Positions 49,826 to 58,688 of a stretch of 64,000 nucleotides of DNA are shown here, one piece after another. Position numbers and translations under genes: made by a program. The stretch covers positions 62,001-126,000 of IMG/VR virus record IMGVR_UViG_3300041411_000129. The stretch is one strand, 5' to 3'. Every line of letters begins with the position of its first letter. Position 1 is the first letter of the stretch. The notes beneath the pieces are model-generated. The model did no database searches and had not been told where the DNA came from. It was given only the letters and a program-made list of their open reading frames with translations.

Positions 49826-50833
49826 ATGTCTGAAGTAATCAACACTGGCCTGATCAACGTTCGTCCTCGCACTATCCGTTTCTACGCCTGTGGTGGTACT
49901 GCAATCAACCAACTGCGAGCATACCGCGATAACCATCCTGGTGAACCGCGTCTGCATGGCGACGAGAAATACAGCTACATCGATACCAGCTTCGCCAACC
50001 TCGATGGCGCGCTGATGTCCGAAACCTTCACCCTGAAAGAAGCCGATGGTTCGGGTTCCGACCGGAAGAAGAACGCCGCGCGTATCGTGGGGGTACTTCC
50101 TGAAATCATGTTGGCTCACCAGCCTGCTGACTTCAACGTCGTTATCTTCTCCCTGTCTGGCGGCACTGGCTCCGTGGCCGGCCCGATCATCCTGAAAGAA
50201 CTGCTGGCCAAAGGTCACAAAGCTGTCGGCGTTACTTCCGCAGCATTCACCTCCGGCAAGAAATCCTCCAACGCCATCGATACCCTGACTGGCCTGGAGT
50301 TGGCTGTTGCGTCCGTCGGCCGTCCGGTTGTTCTGAGCTACACCCCGAACGATCCGAACAAAACCGATTCCGACAACAACATCAAACCACTGTTCGTTCT
50401 GCAAACCCTGGCCAAACTGGCGAGCGGCAAGAACGGCCATCTGGATTCGTCCGACGTGGCGAACCTGTTCGACTTCCACACCGTAACCAACTACAAGCCA
50501 TCGCTGGCTCTGCTGGATGTGTACGCTGGTGAAGAACAGTTGAAGTCTGACGTTACCAGCGCCATCGGCATTGCCGGTCTGCTGAAAGATCGCACCAGCG
50601 TCATGCCGGCTATCAATGCCGCTTATGACACTGTCGGCTACCTGCCTGAAGACAATCGTGAATTCGCCAACTCCTTCTACTTCGTCGTGTCCATCGAGAA
50701 GCTGAACGGCGTTGTCAAAGACATGAACGATCGTAAAGCTCAGGCTGAACTGAAAGAACGCGTCACCAACACCGTTTCGACCCTTGCTACCGCAGGCGTT
50801 ATGGTAGATGAAGCAACCGGCCTGGTCTTGTAA
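49826..50833 (+). CDS. phuZ: phage tubulin PhuZ
   Basis: ACGGTAIN, IDTS, GSGSDR and the tubulin signature SLSGGTGS; HLDSSD T7 loop. Confidence 0.95.
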   Translation: MSEVINTGLINVRPRTIRFYACGGTAINQLRAYRDNHPGEPRLHGDEKYSYIDTSFANLDGALMSETFTLKEADGSGSDRKKNAARIVGVLPEIMLAHQPADFNVVIFSLSGGTGSVAGPIILKELLAKGHKAVGVTSAAFTSGKKSSNAIDTLTGLELAVASVGRPVVLSYTPNDPNKTDSDNNIKPLFVLQTLAKLASGKNGHLDSSDVANLFDFHTVTNYKPSLALLDVYAGEEQLKSDVTSAIGIAGLLKDRTSVMPAINAAYDTVGYLPEDNREFANSFYFVVSIEKLNGVVKDMNDRKAQAELKERVTNTVSTLATAGVMVDEATGLVL

Positions 50834-50847
50834 GACCTGAGCCGTTA

Positions 50848-50884
50848 ATAAACTGCGGGGCCAAGTGCCCCGCAGTTTATGCCC
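50848..50884 (+). terminator. hairpin terminator
   Basis: ATAAACTGCGGGGC-CAAGT-GCCCCGCAGTTTAT-GCC. Confidence 0.8.
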
Positions 50885-50907
50885 TATTCGTAAAGAGGTT
50901 CACCATC

Positions 50908-51129
50908 ATGGCTGTAAATCTGAACATGCGTTTTGTCTGTGACCATTGCGGTAACGTAGACGACCTGCATTACACTCATCAATCTGGCGGTAATGGTTTC
51001 GAATGCCATCGTTGCAAGTTTGGTACATGGCACGGCTATTTCAGCGAAGATAAATACGATGAAGTCCACCACGTCTGCACCAACCGCGTCAATCCATATT
51101 TCAATGAAGACGGCTCCCCTAAATTCTGA
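50908..51129 (+). CDS. small zinc-finger protein
   Basis: GAGGT RBS; CDHC...CHRC. Confidence 0.75.
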   Translation: MAVNLNMRFVCDHCGNVDDLHYTHQSGGNGFECHRCKFGTWHGYFSEDKYDEVHHVCTNRVNPYFNEDGSPKF

Positions 51130-51139
51130 TAGGGGTCAC

Positions 51140-51190
51140 GAACGCTAGGAGATCCGTAAAACGATCTCCTAGTGGCGTTCTTTCTTTTTT
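51140..51190 (+). terminator. intrinsic terminator
   Basis: CTAGGAGATC...GATCTCCTAG stem plus a T run. Confidence 0.8.
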
Positions 51191-51300
51191 GTTATCACGG
51201 TATTCATTTGTATTCGAAACGGCTTCTATGCAGCTCGTAGAGCCTTGTAGATGTATTTATCTACAAAACGACCTAATCATGTAGGCTATAGGGGACACGT

Positions 51301-51693
51301 ATGTTTGAGAATCTACGACTGCCGGACAAAATCTTAGATGAGCGAAACTTCACTGTCGTTGATATCAGTGAACAAGTGGAGTTGCTCAAGCGTCATGGTA
51401 ATTTCCATCCAGATGTGATGGAAGCATGGATGGCCCGTGGATACGCCAAGAATCATGGTGTCGCCACTGTAAGCGCCAGCCTGTTCGAAAGACCTGGACA
51501 ACAAACCGCGTTCGAAAGAATGCAATTGAGCGTAACGGCGACAGAGATCGGCCTGCGTCCAGTTGACTTCCTTCCAGAGCCGGAAGACGATTGGCTAGAT
51601 GAGTGCGGTGTTTGGTTTTACGTTCGTGGATCGTACTTAGCAATGGGGAATAGCCGTGCTATTGAAAAATGTTGGCGACGACTGCGTAATTGA
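51301..51693 (+). CDS. hypothetical protein, first gene of a coupled operon
   Basis: GGGG RBS; ORF track. Confidence 0.7.
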   Translation: MFENLRLPDKILDERNFTVVDISEQVELLKRHGNFHPDVMEAWMARGYAKNHGVATVSASLFERPGQQTAFERMQLSVTATEIGLRPVDFLPEPEDDWLDECGVWFYVRGSYLAMGNSRAIEKCWRRLRN

Positions 51694-52108
51694 TTTCTCA
51701 GAGATCAGCGACAATTTCTTCGGCGAGGCTACAAGGTTCACAAAGGAGCCGACGTCTCGAGATAGACGGAATGTCGAACGTGTAGTGGGTGAGATGTTCG
51801 ATGACTACATGACGAAGAGCATGACTTGGACCAAGGCGTTCCACGACTTCAATGAAAGTTACTTCATCAACCGGCTGCCTAAGTGCTGTCGCGATCATCC
51901 AAATATCCGCACGGTCATCATCGATGTTTACGATGAGATCTCTGAAGTGTTGGCTGAGGTGATGGCGTTACCTACATGGTACGATGTATCAATGCGCGTA
52001 TCAGGAACTGCTATCCATCTGTCAGTGGGAGAAGACCAACGTATAGTCCAGTGGACAAAAGAGCACGCCCATGAGTATTCGACTAACTACAACGGCAAGG
52101 GATGGTGA
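51656..52108 (+). CDS. hypothetical protein
   Basis: GTG start, overlapping chain. Confidence 0.7.
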   Translation: MLLKNVGDDCVIDFSEISDNFFGEATRFTKEPTSRDRRNVERVVGEMFDDYMTKSMTWTKAFHDFNESYFINRLPKCCRDHPNIRTVIIDVYDEISEVLAEVMALPTWYDVSMRVSGTAIHLSVGEDQRIVQWTKEHAHEYSTNYNGKGW

Positions 52109-52562
52109 TGTAATCGTCCATGCTGTGGACGAATGGTACTCACGGTTCAAAGATACCCTTGACCTTGATAATACAGAGCTGCGGGGGATGGATACAAAAG
52201 TTAGGACGTTGATCGTGAATGTCGTTGACACAATCATCAACCCTACCGAGTCCTCCATTTATCAGCTAGCGGTCAGAGCAACCAATTCTCGAAAGGCGTA
52301 CACCACGCTTCTAGAACAGTTGGTCGAGTTCGACCACGAAATGCGTGAGCTGGTTAAGATGTGTCACGATCGTAAATGCGACGTGACTGGTGTAACCATC
52401 CCACATGACAAACTTATACTTGTCTTCCATATGGAAGATACTCGGAGGCCAGATGAAACTGGATTTGAAACTTATATCGAATCTTGTCGAAGAAGCGGTG
52501 AATACGTCCACCCAGAACTCGACAAGCAACTCAGGCTCTGGAGAAGTATCCGCGGCGCCTAA
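52071..52562 (+). CDS. hypothetical protein
   Basis: Overlapping chain. Confidence 0.7.
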   Translation: MSIRLTTTARDGDVIVHAVDEWYSRFKDTLDLDNTELRGMDTKVRTLIVNVVDTIINPTESSIYQLAVRATNSRKAYTTLLEQLVEFDHEMRELVKMCHDRKCDVTGVTIPHDKLILVFHMEDTRRPDETGFETYIESCRRSGEYVHPELDKQLRLWRSIRGA

Positions 52563-52992
52563 CTATTCGTATAAGTACGTGATCGTTGACGTCGGTGACT
52601 TCAACATGACTGACATATCCGAAAGTACGCTGATCGATCCGGGTGCTCTGCTGAAAGCTGTATTGAAGTACGAGTTCTGGGACGATGACTTCGACTTCAA
52701 GCATCTGTCTCAGGACATCCCAGATCCGTCTGAAGGCAACGTATCGCTGGCACTCGACACTTGGTACGCCGAGAACGTAGAACGCCTGCATGACACGTTT
52801 GAGTTCCTGCGTGATGTTCGCCCGGCTGTCGTTAGCGACTGCTTGATTGTACACGGCCAATGCCTGATCGAAATCTGTAAGGCATTGTCTCCTGAGGCCC
52901 AACTCGAATTGGACGACCCAGATCTCCACCTCGAGCCAGCCACTGATCTGGACGAAGAAGATCTTGACGTTCCGGAAGATGGTGATGAATGA
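52453..52992 (+). CDS. acidic hypothetical protein
   Basis: GGAGG RBS before ATG 52453. Confidence 0.7.
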   Translation: MKLDLKLISNLVEEAVNTSTQNSTSNSGSGEVSAAPNYSYKYVIVDVGDFNMTDISESTLIDPGALLKAVLKYEFWDDDFDFKHLSQDIPDPSEGNVSLALDTWYAENVERLHDTFEFLRDVRPAVVSDCLIVHGQCLIEICKALSPEAQLELDDPDLHLEPATDLDEEDLDVPEDGDE

Positions 52993-53396
52993 AGCTAGGC
53001 AAGGGGACAAGACGTACCCTTATCGTGGATATCGACAATGAGTTCCACGAAGCGCTGATACGTCTTGGTGACCATGTCCCCAACTATGAGCGCAACCAGT
53101 TCATCCAGTACACCGCAAGCATTCTGTTAATGTCGTTGTTGATGTGCGATAGAGATGGTGCCGTTGATGCATTTGAACGCATCACCTCTCTCGCCCACAT
53201 CTCTGACATGAAGAAGCATGCGACTATCTGGGGTGAGTTCTTAGCCCTGGCCAACTACTTCCACAACCACTACTATCACCATGACGAATTGATCAGAGAT
53301 CTTGAAGACATGATGCCGAAGCATCCCAAGGAATTCCCTGAGTTGATCTTCGAAGTAGAGGTTGCGGACAAAGGTGGCTATCTGAAGGTGAGTTAA
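52989..53396 (+). CDS. hypothetical protein
   Basis: ATGA coupling. Confidence 0.75.
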   Translation: MKLGKGTRRTLIVDIDNEFHEALIRLGDHVPNYERNQFIQYTASILLMSLLMCDRDGAVDAFERITSLAHISDMKKHATIWGEFLALANYFHNHYYHHDELIRDLEDMMPKHPKEFPELIFEVEVADKGGYLKVS

Positions 53397-53834
53397 ATGA
53401 CTACCGAAAATGATTCAATCAGGATTATTGCTGAGATTGATTCACACGGCAGCCATTACTTATTCAAGATCGCTGATGACTTGCAGAAGATGCCAGACTT
53501 TGAGGGCGAATGCTCTGATTATCTGGCATCGCTGGTTCTCAGCTCGATCATTGATTATTGGTGCTTAGCGGATATGGACGAACTGTCCTACATCCTAGGC
53601 GCTTGCGATGAGTACGACGATCAGGAAATAGGTCGCCGAACTAAGCGCAATATAATGGATCTGTCGAAAGCCGATCTGGATGACTTCCCAGATTTCTACA
53701 ACACCAAGTTAACTCTCATCGACATTGCACAGGAACAAGAAAGGAAGGGTTGGAAGAAGTATCGGTTCACTGAACCAGAAGTTAACCCCAACCGGAAGTT
53801 CTTTGTAGTCTGGATGGAAAAGATCTTAGATTAG
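53397..53834 (+). CDS. hypothetical protein
   Basis: Abuts the previous stop. Confidence 0.75.
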   Translation: MTTENDSIRIIAEIDSHGSHYLFKIADDLQKMPDFEGECSDYLASLVLSSIIDYWCLADMDELSYILGACDEYDDQEIGRRTKRNIMDLSKADLDDFPDFYNTKLTLIDIAQEQERKGWKKYRFTEPEVNPNRKFFVVWMEKILD

Positions 53835-53843
53835 GGAGGTCAG

Positions 53844-54161
53844 ATGTTGGAAGCGGAACAGTTTGTTATTGAGATTACACATACCCACGGCGTATCTGAC
53901 TCCGCCGTGGGTTTTATGCTGTCTAATTGGGTATTGGACTCAGCTTCTCGTAAAGAATGGTTGAGTGCTGACACGCTCATTACCCTTACCCATGACTACA
54001 ATCTCAGTATTAAAACCATTGAGAAGATGTCAGGTGACGTACTCGACGCACTGGAGGAGTGCGGGTTATATGCGCAACTGATGACCGACGATCGCAGACT
54101 CAGCTCAGTATCATGCAGGGTTAAGCGCGATGTGGCGTTAATTGATCTGGAGTGGACATGA
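53844..54161 (+). CDS. hypothetical protein
   Basis: GGAGGT RBS. Confidence 0.75.
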   Translation: MLEAEQFVIEITHTHGVSDSAVGFMLSNWVLDSASRKEWLSADTLITLTHDYNLSIKTIEKMSGDVLDALEECGLYAQLMTDDRRLSSVSCRVKRDVALIDLEWT

Positions 54162-54529
54162 AAGCAAATACGTTACCAGCAATCGCTACAAAGAGCTTGA
54201 TTGCCGTTCATAACGACTCCCTCAACAGTTTCATTAACACCGAGGATCTGTCGGAACACATCAAGGTTCTGTCTGGAATCGCGTTTGATTTCGTGCAGGC
54301 TATGCCAATCTGTCAATATGTTTATAACTGGCCGCCTGCTGAGATCATTCTTGATCGCTGCACCGGGAAGTCAAAGCTTTCCACGCTGTACAACGCTTTG
54401 TTCGATGAACTGTCTGAGAATGGATACCCTGTATCTGTCCTTATGACCATGCAGGTTGTCCAACATGTCCCAAAACGATATACCGTGCTTTCCGTCCCAC
54501 TTGCGGCGAGACTCGGGAGGCTCCACTGA
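54158..54529 (+). CDS. hypothetical protein
   Basis: ATGA coupling, GGAG RBS. Confidence 0.7.
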   Translation: MKANTLPAIATKSLIAVHNDSLNSFINTEDLSEHIKVLSGIAFDFVQAMPICQYVYNWPPAEIILDRCTGKSKLSTLYNALFDELSENGYPVSVLMTMQVVQHVPKRYTVLSVPLAARLGRLH

Positions 54530-54896
54530 TAAGGAGTTCATCGTTGTAGATATATCCGATACGGTACGGGCATTCTGCAATGAAGTTGACCGAGAAGTGG
54601 AAAGTCTTTCGTACGACATCGATGCCATCATCAGGCAGTATTCAGCTTATCGCCATGTAGGACGGTATGATGAGATCGTCACGGGTCTGTCAAACAAGTT
54701 CCTAGAACATGGTTGTGTAAAAATTGACGACGATGGACCAATAATAGCAAGAGCTGCCCTTGGTACGCTTTACCGTGGAATCACCGAACATATCCGTGAC
54801 TTAGGGTACATGATCGGAGCAGTCCACGATGTGAAGCTGAAGTTAAATAGTATCAACCGGCAGATAAGATGTAACGCAATCATGATGGTTATCTAA
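54465..54896 (+). CDS. hypothetical protein
   Basis: Overlapping chain; start uncertain. Confidence 0.65.
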   Translation: MSQNDIPCFPSHLRRDSGGSTDKEFIVVDISDTVRAFCNEVDREVESLSYDIDAIIRQYSAYRHVGRYDEIVTGLSNKFLEHGCVKIDDDGPIIARAALGTLYRGITEHIRDLGYMIGAVHDVKLKLNSINRQIRCNAIMMVI

Positions 54897-54914
54897 CCAG
54901 TACGGAGCTGCTTC

Positions 54915-55280
54915 ATGAAAAACCACTGTATCGTAGGCTACAGTCCGGGATTCTACGATTACCTGCAATCAGTGGGGTATCGTGAAGTCCCGGAACAGGT
55001 GTCCGCTGATGAACCAGACTCCCCACTGGCTTCAATCGACACACAGTTCGTAAACTGGGAACGCATTGAGTTTCTGGATTACCTGACCAATTGCATGATC
55101 GGTATCGAATCTATTGATCCGGATTATCTGGCTACCGTCGAAAGTCTCTATGAGGCTATTGATGACGATGATTTGAGACAACTGGTCGAAGAAGGTTCGA
55201 TCGAAGATTTGATATTTAATGACCGAGGCTATTACTTGGCTCGGCTGGAGAGTGTAAATGCCCCTCAACGAATCTTTTAA
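54915..55280 (+). CDS. acidic hypothetical protein
   Basis: GGAG RBS. Confidence 0.75.
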   Translation: MKNHCIVGYSPGFYDYLQSVGYREVPEQVSADEPDSPLASIDTQFVNWERIEFLDYLTNCMIGIESIDPDYLATVESLYEAIDDDDLRQLVEEGSIEDLIFNDRGYYLARLESVNAPQRIF

Positions 55281-55653
55281 AGGGAAGACGCTCAGTTTCG
55301 AGCTGAGCTCTGGTATCCGGTACACGAACTACAAGCTGCTGGCCCTGCTCGATGTGGGGACCGTTGTAGCGGTGGGGTTCCAAGCGGCTGGTGAACACCA
55401 TCAGAACTACCCGTACATGCCATCCGATTCTCCAGACGACTTCACGGCGTATGCGTATGCCAAGTTCGTCGATCCGGAGAATAAGATCCTGTATGTTGGC
55501 GTACCGTGGATCAAGGAAGGTTCCATCACCGTCCTCGACAACGTCAACTACAACTGCCTTCTCCTGAACCCAACCTCCGCCGAGCTGGAAACATTCCGCT
55601 CGATCCTGGTGGCCTCTGGGTTCGAAGGACGATTCAAGCTCACCGTAGCCTGA
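55258..55653 (+). CDS. conserved chimallivirus protein upstream of the DNA polymerase
   Basis: H.Q.YPYMP...PDD..Y.Y...VGVPWIK pattern; synteny. Confidence 0.7.
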   Translation: MPLNESFKGKTLSFELSSGIRYTNYKLLALLDVGTVVAVGFQAAGEHHQNYPYMPSDSPDDFTAYAYAKFVDPENKILYVGVPWIKEGSITVLDNVNYNCLLLNPTSAELETFRSILVASGFEGRFKLTVA

Positions 55654-55658
55654 TCACG

Positions 55659-55708
55659 CACTCCTGCCAGCCGTAAAAGGTTGGCAGGAGTGTAGCGTCT
55701 TTTTTTTT
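55659..55708 (+). terminator. intrinsic terminator
   Basis: CACTCCTGCCAGCC/GGTTGGCAGGAGTG stem plus a T run. Confidence 0.85.
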
Positions 55709-55768
55709 GTTTTGTTGAAAGATACAAACCGTACTAACAATACGTAGAGTACCTCAGAGGTTTGATTG

Positions 55769-57898
55769 ATGGCTAACGATAACCCGTTCCTCTTACCAGT
55801 AGAGGAATACAAACGTGACATCGATGTCAAGAAAGGCTATATCCAACAAGTAGCCAAGTATCTTTCACTTCAGCTCAAACTCCCTTACGAGAACACGCTG
55901 AAGTACGTCCTTAAGAAAGTAGCTAAGGGCGGCATGTTTGCATTCAAAGATCCTGCAATGCAGCAGTTGATCAAGAAAGCACGCGGTCACCGAGTTGAGG
56001 ATGAAACTACCTTCCTCGGTTACATCGAAGAGATTCGTGAGTCTGGTCGTATTGTTTCCCCATCGCTGGTGGTTTACGAGCGTCCAGAAGTAGAACGTTC
56101 CGTTACAGCTGAATGGCTGGACGATAACATCGCGGCTCGTAAGAAGTCGAAGAAAGCGATGTTTGAATTGAAACAGATCGGTGAACTGATGAAGTCTGCG
56201 CTTGCGGACTATGACCAGAACGCCCGTAAGATCCGTATCAACTCCGTATCCGGTATGCGTGGCTTTGAAGGTAACCCAATCTTCTTGGCAACCGGTCACT
56301 CCAGTCTGACATCCATGTGCCGGGCAGCAGCGGGGTACGGTAACGCCACTGTTGAAAGATTCATGGCGGGGTCGAAGCATTACCATACGCCAGAGATAGC
56401 CAAAGCCAACTTGACGGCCATCACGACTATCGAACAGATGAGTCGGGTTCAGTTGGTGATTGACGAATACAACCTCGTGTATCCAACTGTGGATGACGTG
56501 GTAGCCATGGTTGAGCGTTCTACCAGTCTGTACTGGGATATCCCTCACGAGATGGCTTTGATCCGTCAGATGGCAGAAGGGATGACTCCACTGGAGCGTG
56601 CCACCGTTTGCTACTCGGGTGACATGTACCACTTGGCTAAGTTCAACCCTGAAGTTGTTAAGAACCTGATGGGTGAGATGATTGCCATCAATATCGAAGA
56701 CATGGAAGACGTTGATACTGACGCCATCTTGATGACTGTCGATACCACGGCCATCGCTTACATCAACGCCCTGTGCGCAAACATCCTGAAAGGTAGTACG
56801 CACAAGCTGGTTAAAGAGAATAACCCGGCAGGTTGGCAGGTTATCGGTCGTACAGCACAACGCTTTAAAGAAGCCTCTGCGAAGTACGCAACCCTGATCA
56901 CTAACCTATTTGCGCCTAAGCATCTTCCGCCGACTGTAGCCGCTCTCAAGGGCATTCAGCGCCGTGTATGTCTGGCAGCAGATACCGACTCCTCCATCTT
57001 CAGTACCGAATACTGGGTTGAGTGGTATACCGGCAGCATGAAGCGTGGGGAAGTAGAGGACCGTATCTGGTATCTCGCCACCTACATGTCTTGCCAGTGC
57101 ATTGCGCACAGTCTGGCAATGTTGTCGGCAAACGTCGGTGTGGAGCGTTCGCAACTCTTCCGTCTGGCAATGAAGAATGAGTACGCCTTCCCGGTGTTTG
57201 CTCTGACCAACCTTGCTAAGCACTACTTCTCCTTCATGTCCATGCGGGAAGGTAACGTTTACGAAGAGAACGAGCTGGAGATCAAGGGTGTAGAGCTGCG
57301 CGGTTCTACTGCACCTAAGCATATCTTGAAAGCGGCTGAGGAGATGATGGAGAACATCGCTACTCACGTCAACGAAGGTCGGAAGATGAATGCGGGTAAA
57401 CTCCTGCGGTTCGTTGCCGATCACGAGATTGAAACGATCCAGTCCATTAAGCGTGGGGAATACAAATACCTGCGTTCCGCTCAGATCAAGCCGGACAGTA
57501 ACAAGATGCTTCACCACGTACTGTGGCAAGAAGTGTTTGCTCCTAAGTACGGCGAGTCTGTTAATCCTCCGTATCCATGTGTTAAGATCACTTCCGAGCT
57601 GTCTAACAAGACGAAGACTCAGGAATGGTTGGCGGGTATGGAAGATCAGGAGCTGGCCAAGCGAATGGCTGCGTGGATGGTCAAGTGGAACCGTAAAGAG
57701 ATCACTACCTTCTATCTACCAACCATGGTGATCAAGAACGGTGGTCTTCCTATCGAACTACAGGAAGCTGCAAACGTCCGGAAGTTGGCCTATCAGATCA
57801 ACTCAGGCTTCTACAGGATCTTGGAGTCTACTGGTCTTCATCTGGTGGATCGGAATAACTACCGTCTGATCTACGATTTCTTGGGACTCACTGCATGA
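55769..57898 (+). CDS. family-B DNA polymerase, polymerase subunit (phiKZ gp50-like)
   Basis: Motif B QNARKIRINSVSG, motif C ADTDSSIF, KHY and IKGVEL. Confidence 0.88.
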   Translation: MANDNPFLLPVEEYKRDIDVKKGYIQQVAKYLSLQLKLPYENTLKYVLKKVAKGGMFAFKDPAMQQLIKKARGHRVEDETTFLGYIEEIRESGRIVSPSLVVYERPEVERSVTAEWLDDNIAARKKSKKAMFELKQIGELMKSALADYDQNARKIRINSVSGMRGFEGNPIFLATGHSSLTSMCRAAAGYGNATVERFMAGSKHYHTPEIAKANLTAITTIEQMSRVQLVIDEYNLVYPTVDDVVAMVERSTSLYWDIPHEMALIRQMAEGMTPLERATVCYSGDMYHLAKFNPEVVKNLMGEMIAINIEDMEDVDTDAILMTVDTTAIAYINALCANILKGSTHKLVKENNPAGWQVIGRTAQRFKEASAKYATLITNLFAPKHLPPTVAALKGIQRRVCLAADTDSSIFSTEYWVEWYTGSMKRGEVEDRIWYLATYMSCQCIAHSLAMLSANVGVERSQLFRLAMKNEYAFPVFALTNLAKHYFSFMSMREGNVYEENELEIKGVELRGSTAPKHILKAAEEMMENIATHVNEGRKMNAGKLLRFVADHEIETIQSIKRGEYKYLRSAQIKPDSNKMLHHVLWQEVFAPKYGESVNPPYPCVKITSELSNKTKTQEWLAGMEDQELAKRMAAWMVKWNRKEITTFYLPTMVIKNGGLPIELQEAANVRKLAYQINSGFYRILESTGLHLVDRNNYRLIYDFLGLTA

Positions 57899-58098
57899 GA
57901 CAGAAAGCTGCTGCATTTATCACAGGTATCACAATCAAACGCGGTAAGTTTGGTCATGGTGAATGCGGCAGCATTTCGTTCCATGTCTTTGACGAACCGA
58001 TGACTATGGCAATGGCGTCTTGTCTCGTGTTCATTCGCGAGAAGATGATCCAAAGCGTTTACGGCAGTCTGGTGTCGGGTGAATACAATGGCGATTAA
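57895..58098 (+). CDS. hypothetical protein
   Basis: ATGA coupling to the DNA polymerase. Confidence 0.55.
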   Translation: MRQKAAAFITGITIKRGKFGHGECGSISFHVFDEPMTMAMASCLVFIREKMIQSVYGSLVSGEYNGD

Positions 58099-58525
58099 AA
58101 CAATGGTTGGCTTTGATTTCCCAGTCGGTGGGTTCAAACCAAATGAAGGTGGGTTACAGTTCAATTCTACCCCTCCAGCAAATATACATTGGGGGCAGCA
58201 AACTGTATACGGTCCGATGTTCTCAGGTAAGAAATTGTTCGAGCTGAAAGCAACACACGGCTTACCTCTGGATGTGGCTATCAGCAAGATCTTTGATGAC
58301 AGCCTGCAAACTCGCATCGATTGGGCTGAATTCATCGAGACTGCCCGATCTAACGGCTGGTGGGATTATCAGACAATCGAGGTTATTGAAATAGCCTTGA
58401 CCGATGCCGATGTCCGTCGTGAATATCGCGACGAGGTATTGCAAAGGGCCAAGATGTATATGCTGGCCAATCCAATCGACATAGCCACCGCTTTGGTGGC
58501 CAAGGGTGATAGCAATGATCGGTAA
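58088..58525 (+). CDS. protein with an alanyl-tRNA-synthetase helical-motif-like segment
   Basis: SGKKLFELKATHGLPLD...IDWAEF versus AlaRS (S/D)GxxAFxLYDTYGFPxD...VDxxGF. Confidence 0.6.
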   Translation: MAIKTMVGFDFPVGGFKPNEGGLQFNSTPPANIHWGQQTVYGPMFSGKKLFELKATHGLPLDVAISKIFDDSLQTRIDWAEFIETARSNGWWDYQTIEVIEIALTDADVRREYRDEVLQRAKMYMLANPIDIATALVAKGDSNDR

Positions 58526-58646
58526 TATCCTTATCGGTACTAATAGTCTTCCATTGGGCGCTCCTGTGCCCGGCGTTACTGAAGCTATCCCAGAACCGGA
58601 AGTAGCTGAAGAACCTACCGAAGAAGTTGAACCGGTAGACGAGTAA
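58515..58646 (+). CDS. 43-aa acidic Pro/Glu-rich peptide (absent from the ORF track)
   Basis: Translated by hand as MIGNILIGTNSLPLGAPVPGVTEAIPEPEVAEEPTEEVEPVDE; GGGTGA RBS; ends just before the terminator. Confidence 0.55.
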   Translation: MIGNILIGTNSLPLGAPVPGVTEAIPEPEVAEEPTEEVEPVDE

Positions 58647-58648
58647 AC

Positions 58649-58688
58649 GGCATACAGAGCGGGGCAGTGCCCCGCTCTGTTTTATGCT
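58649..58688. terminator. bidirectional terminator
   Basis: GGCATACAGAGCGGGGC-AGT-GCCCCGCTCTGTTTATGC. Confidence 0.8.
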
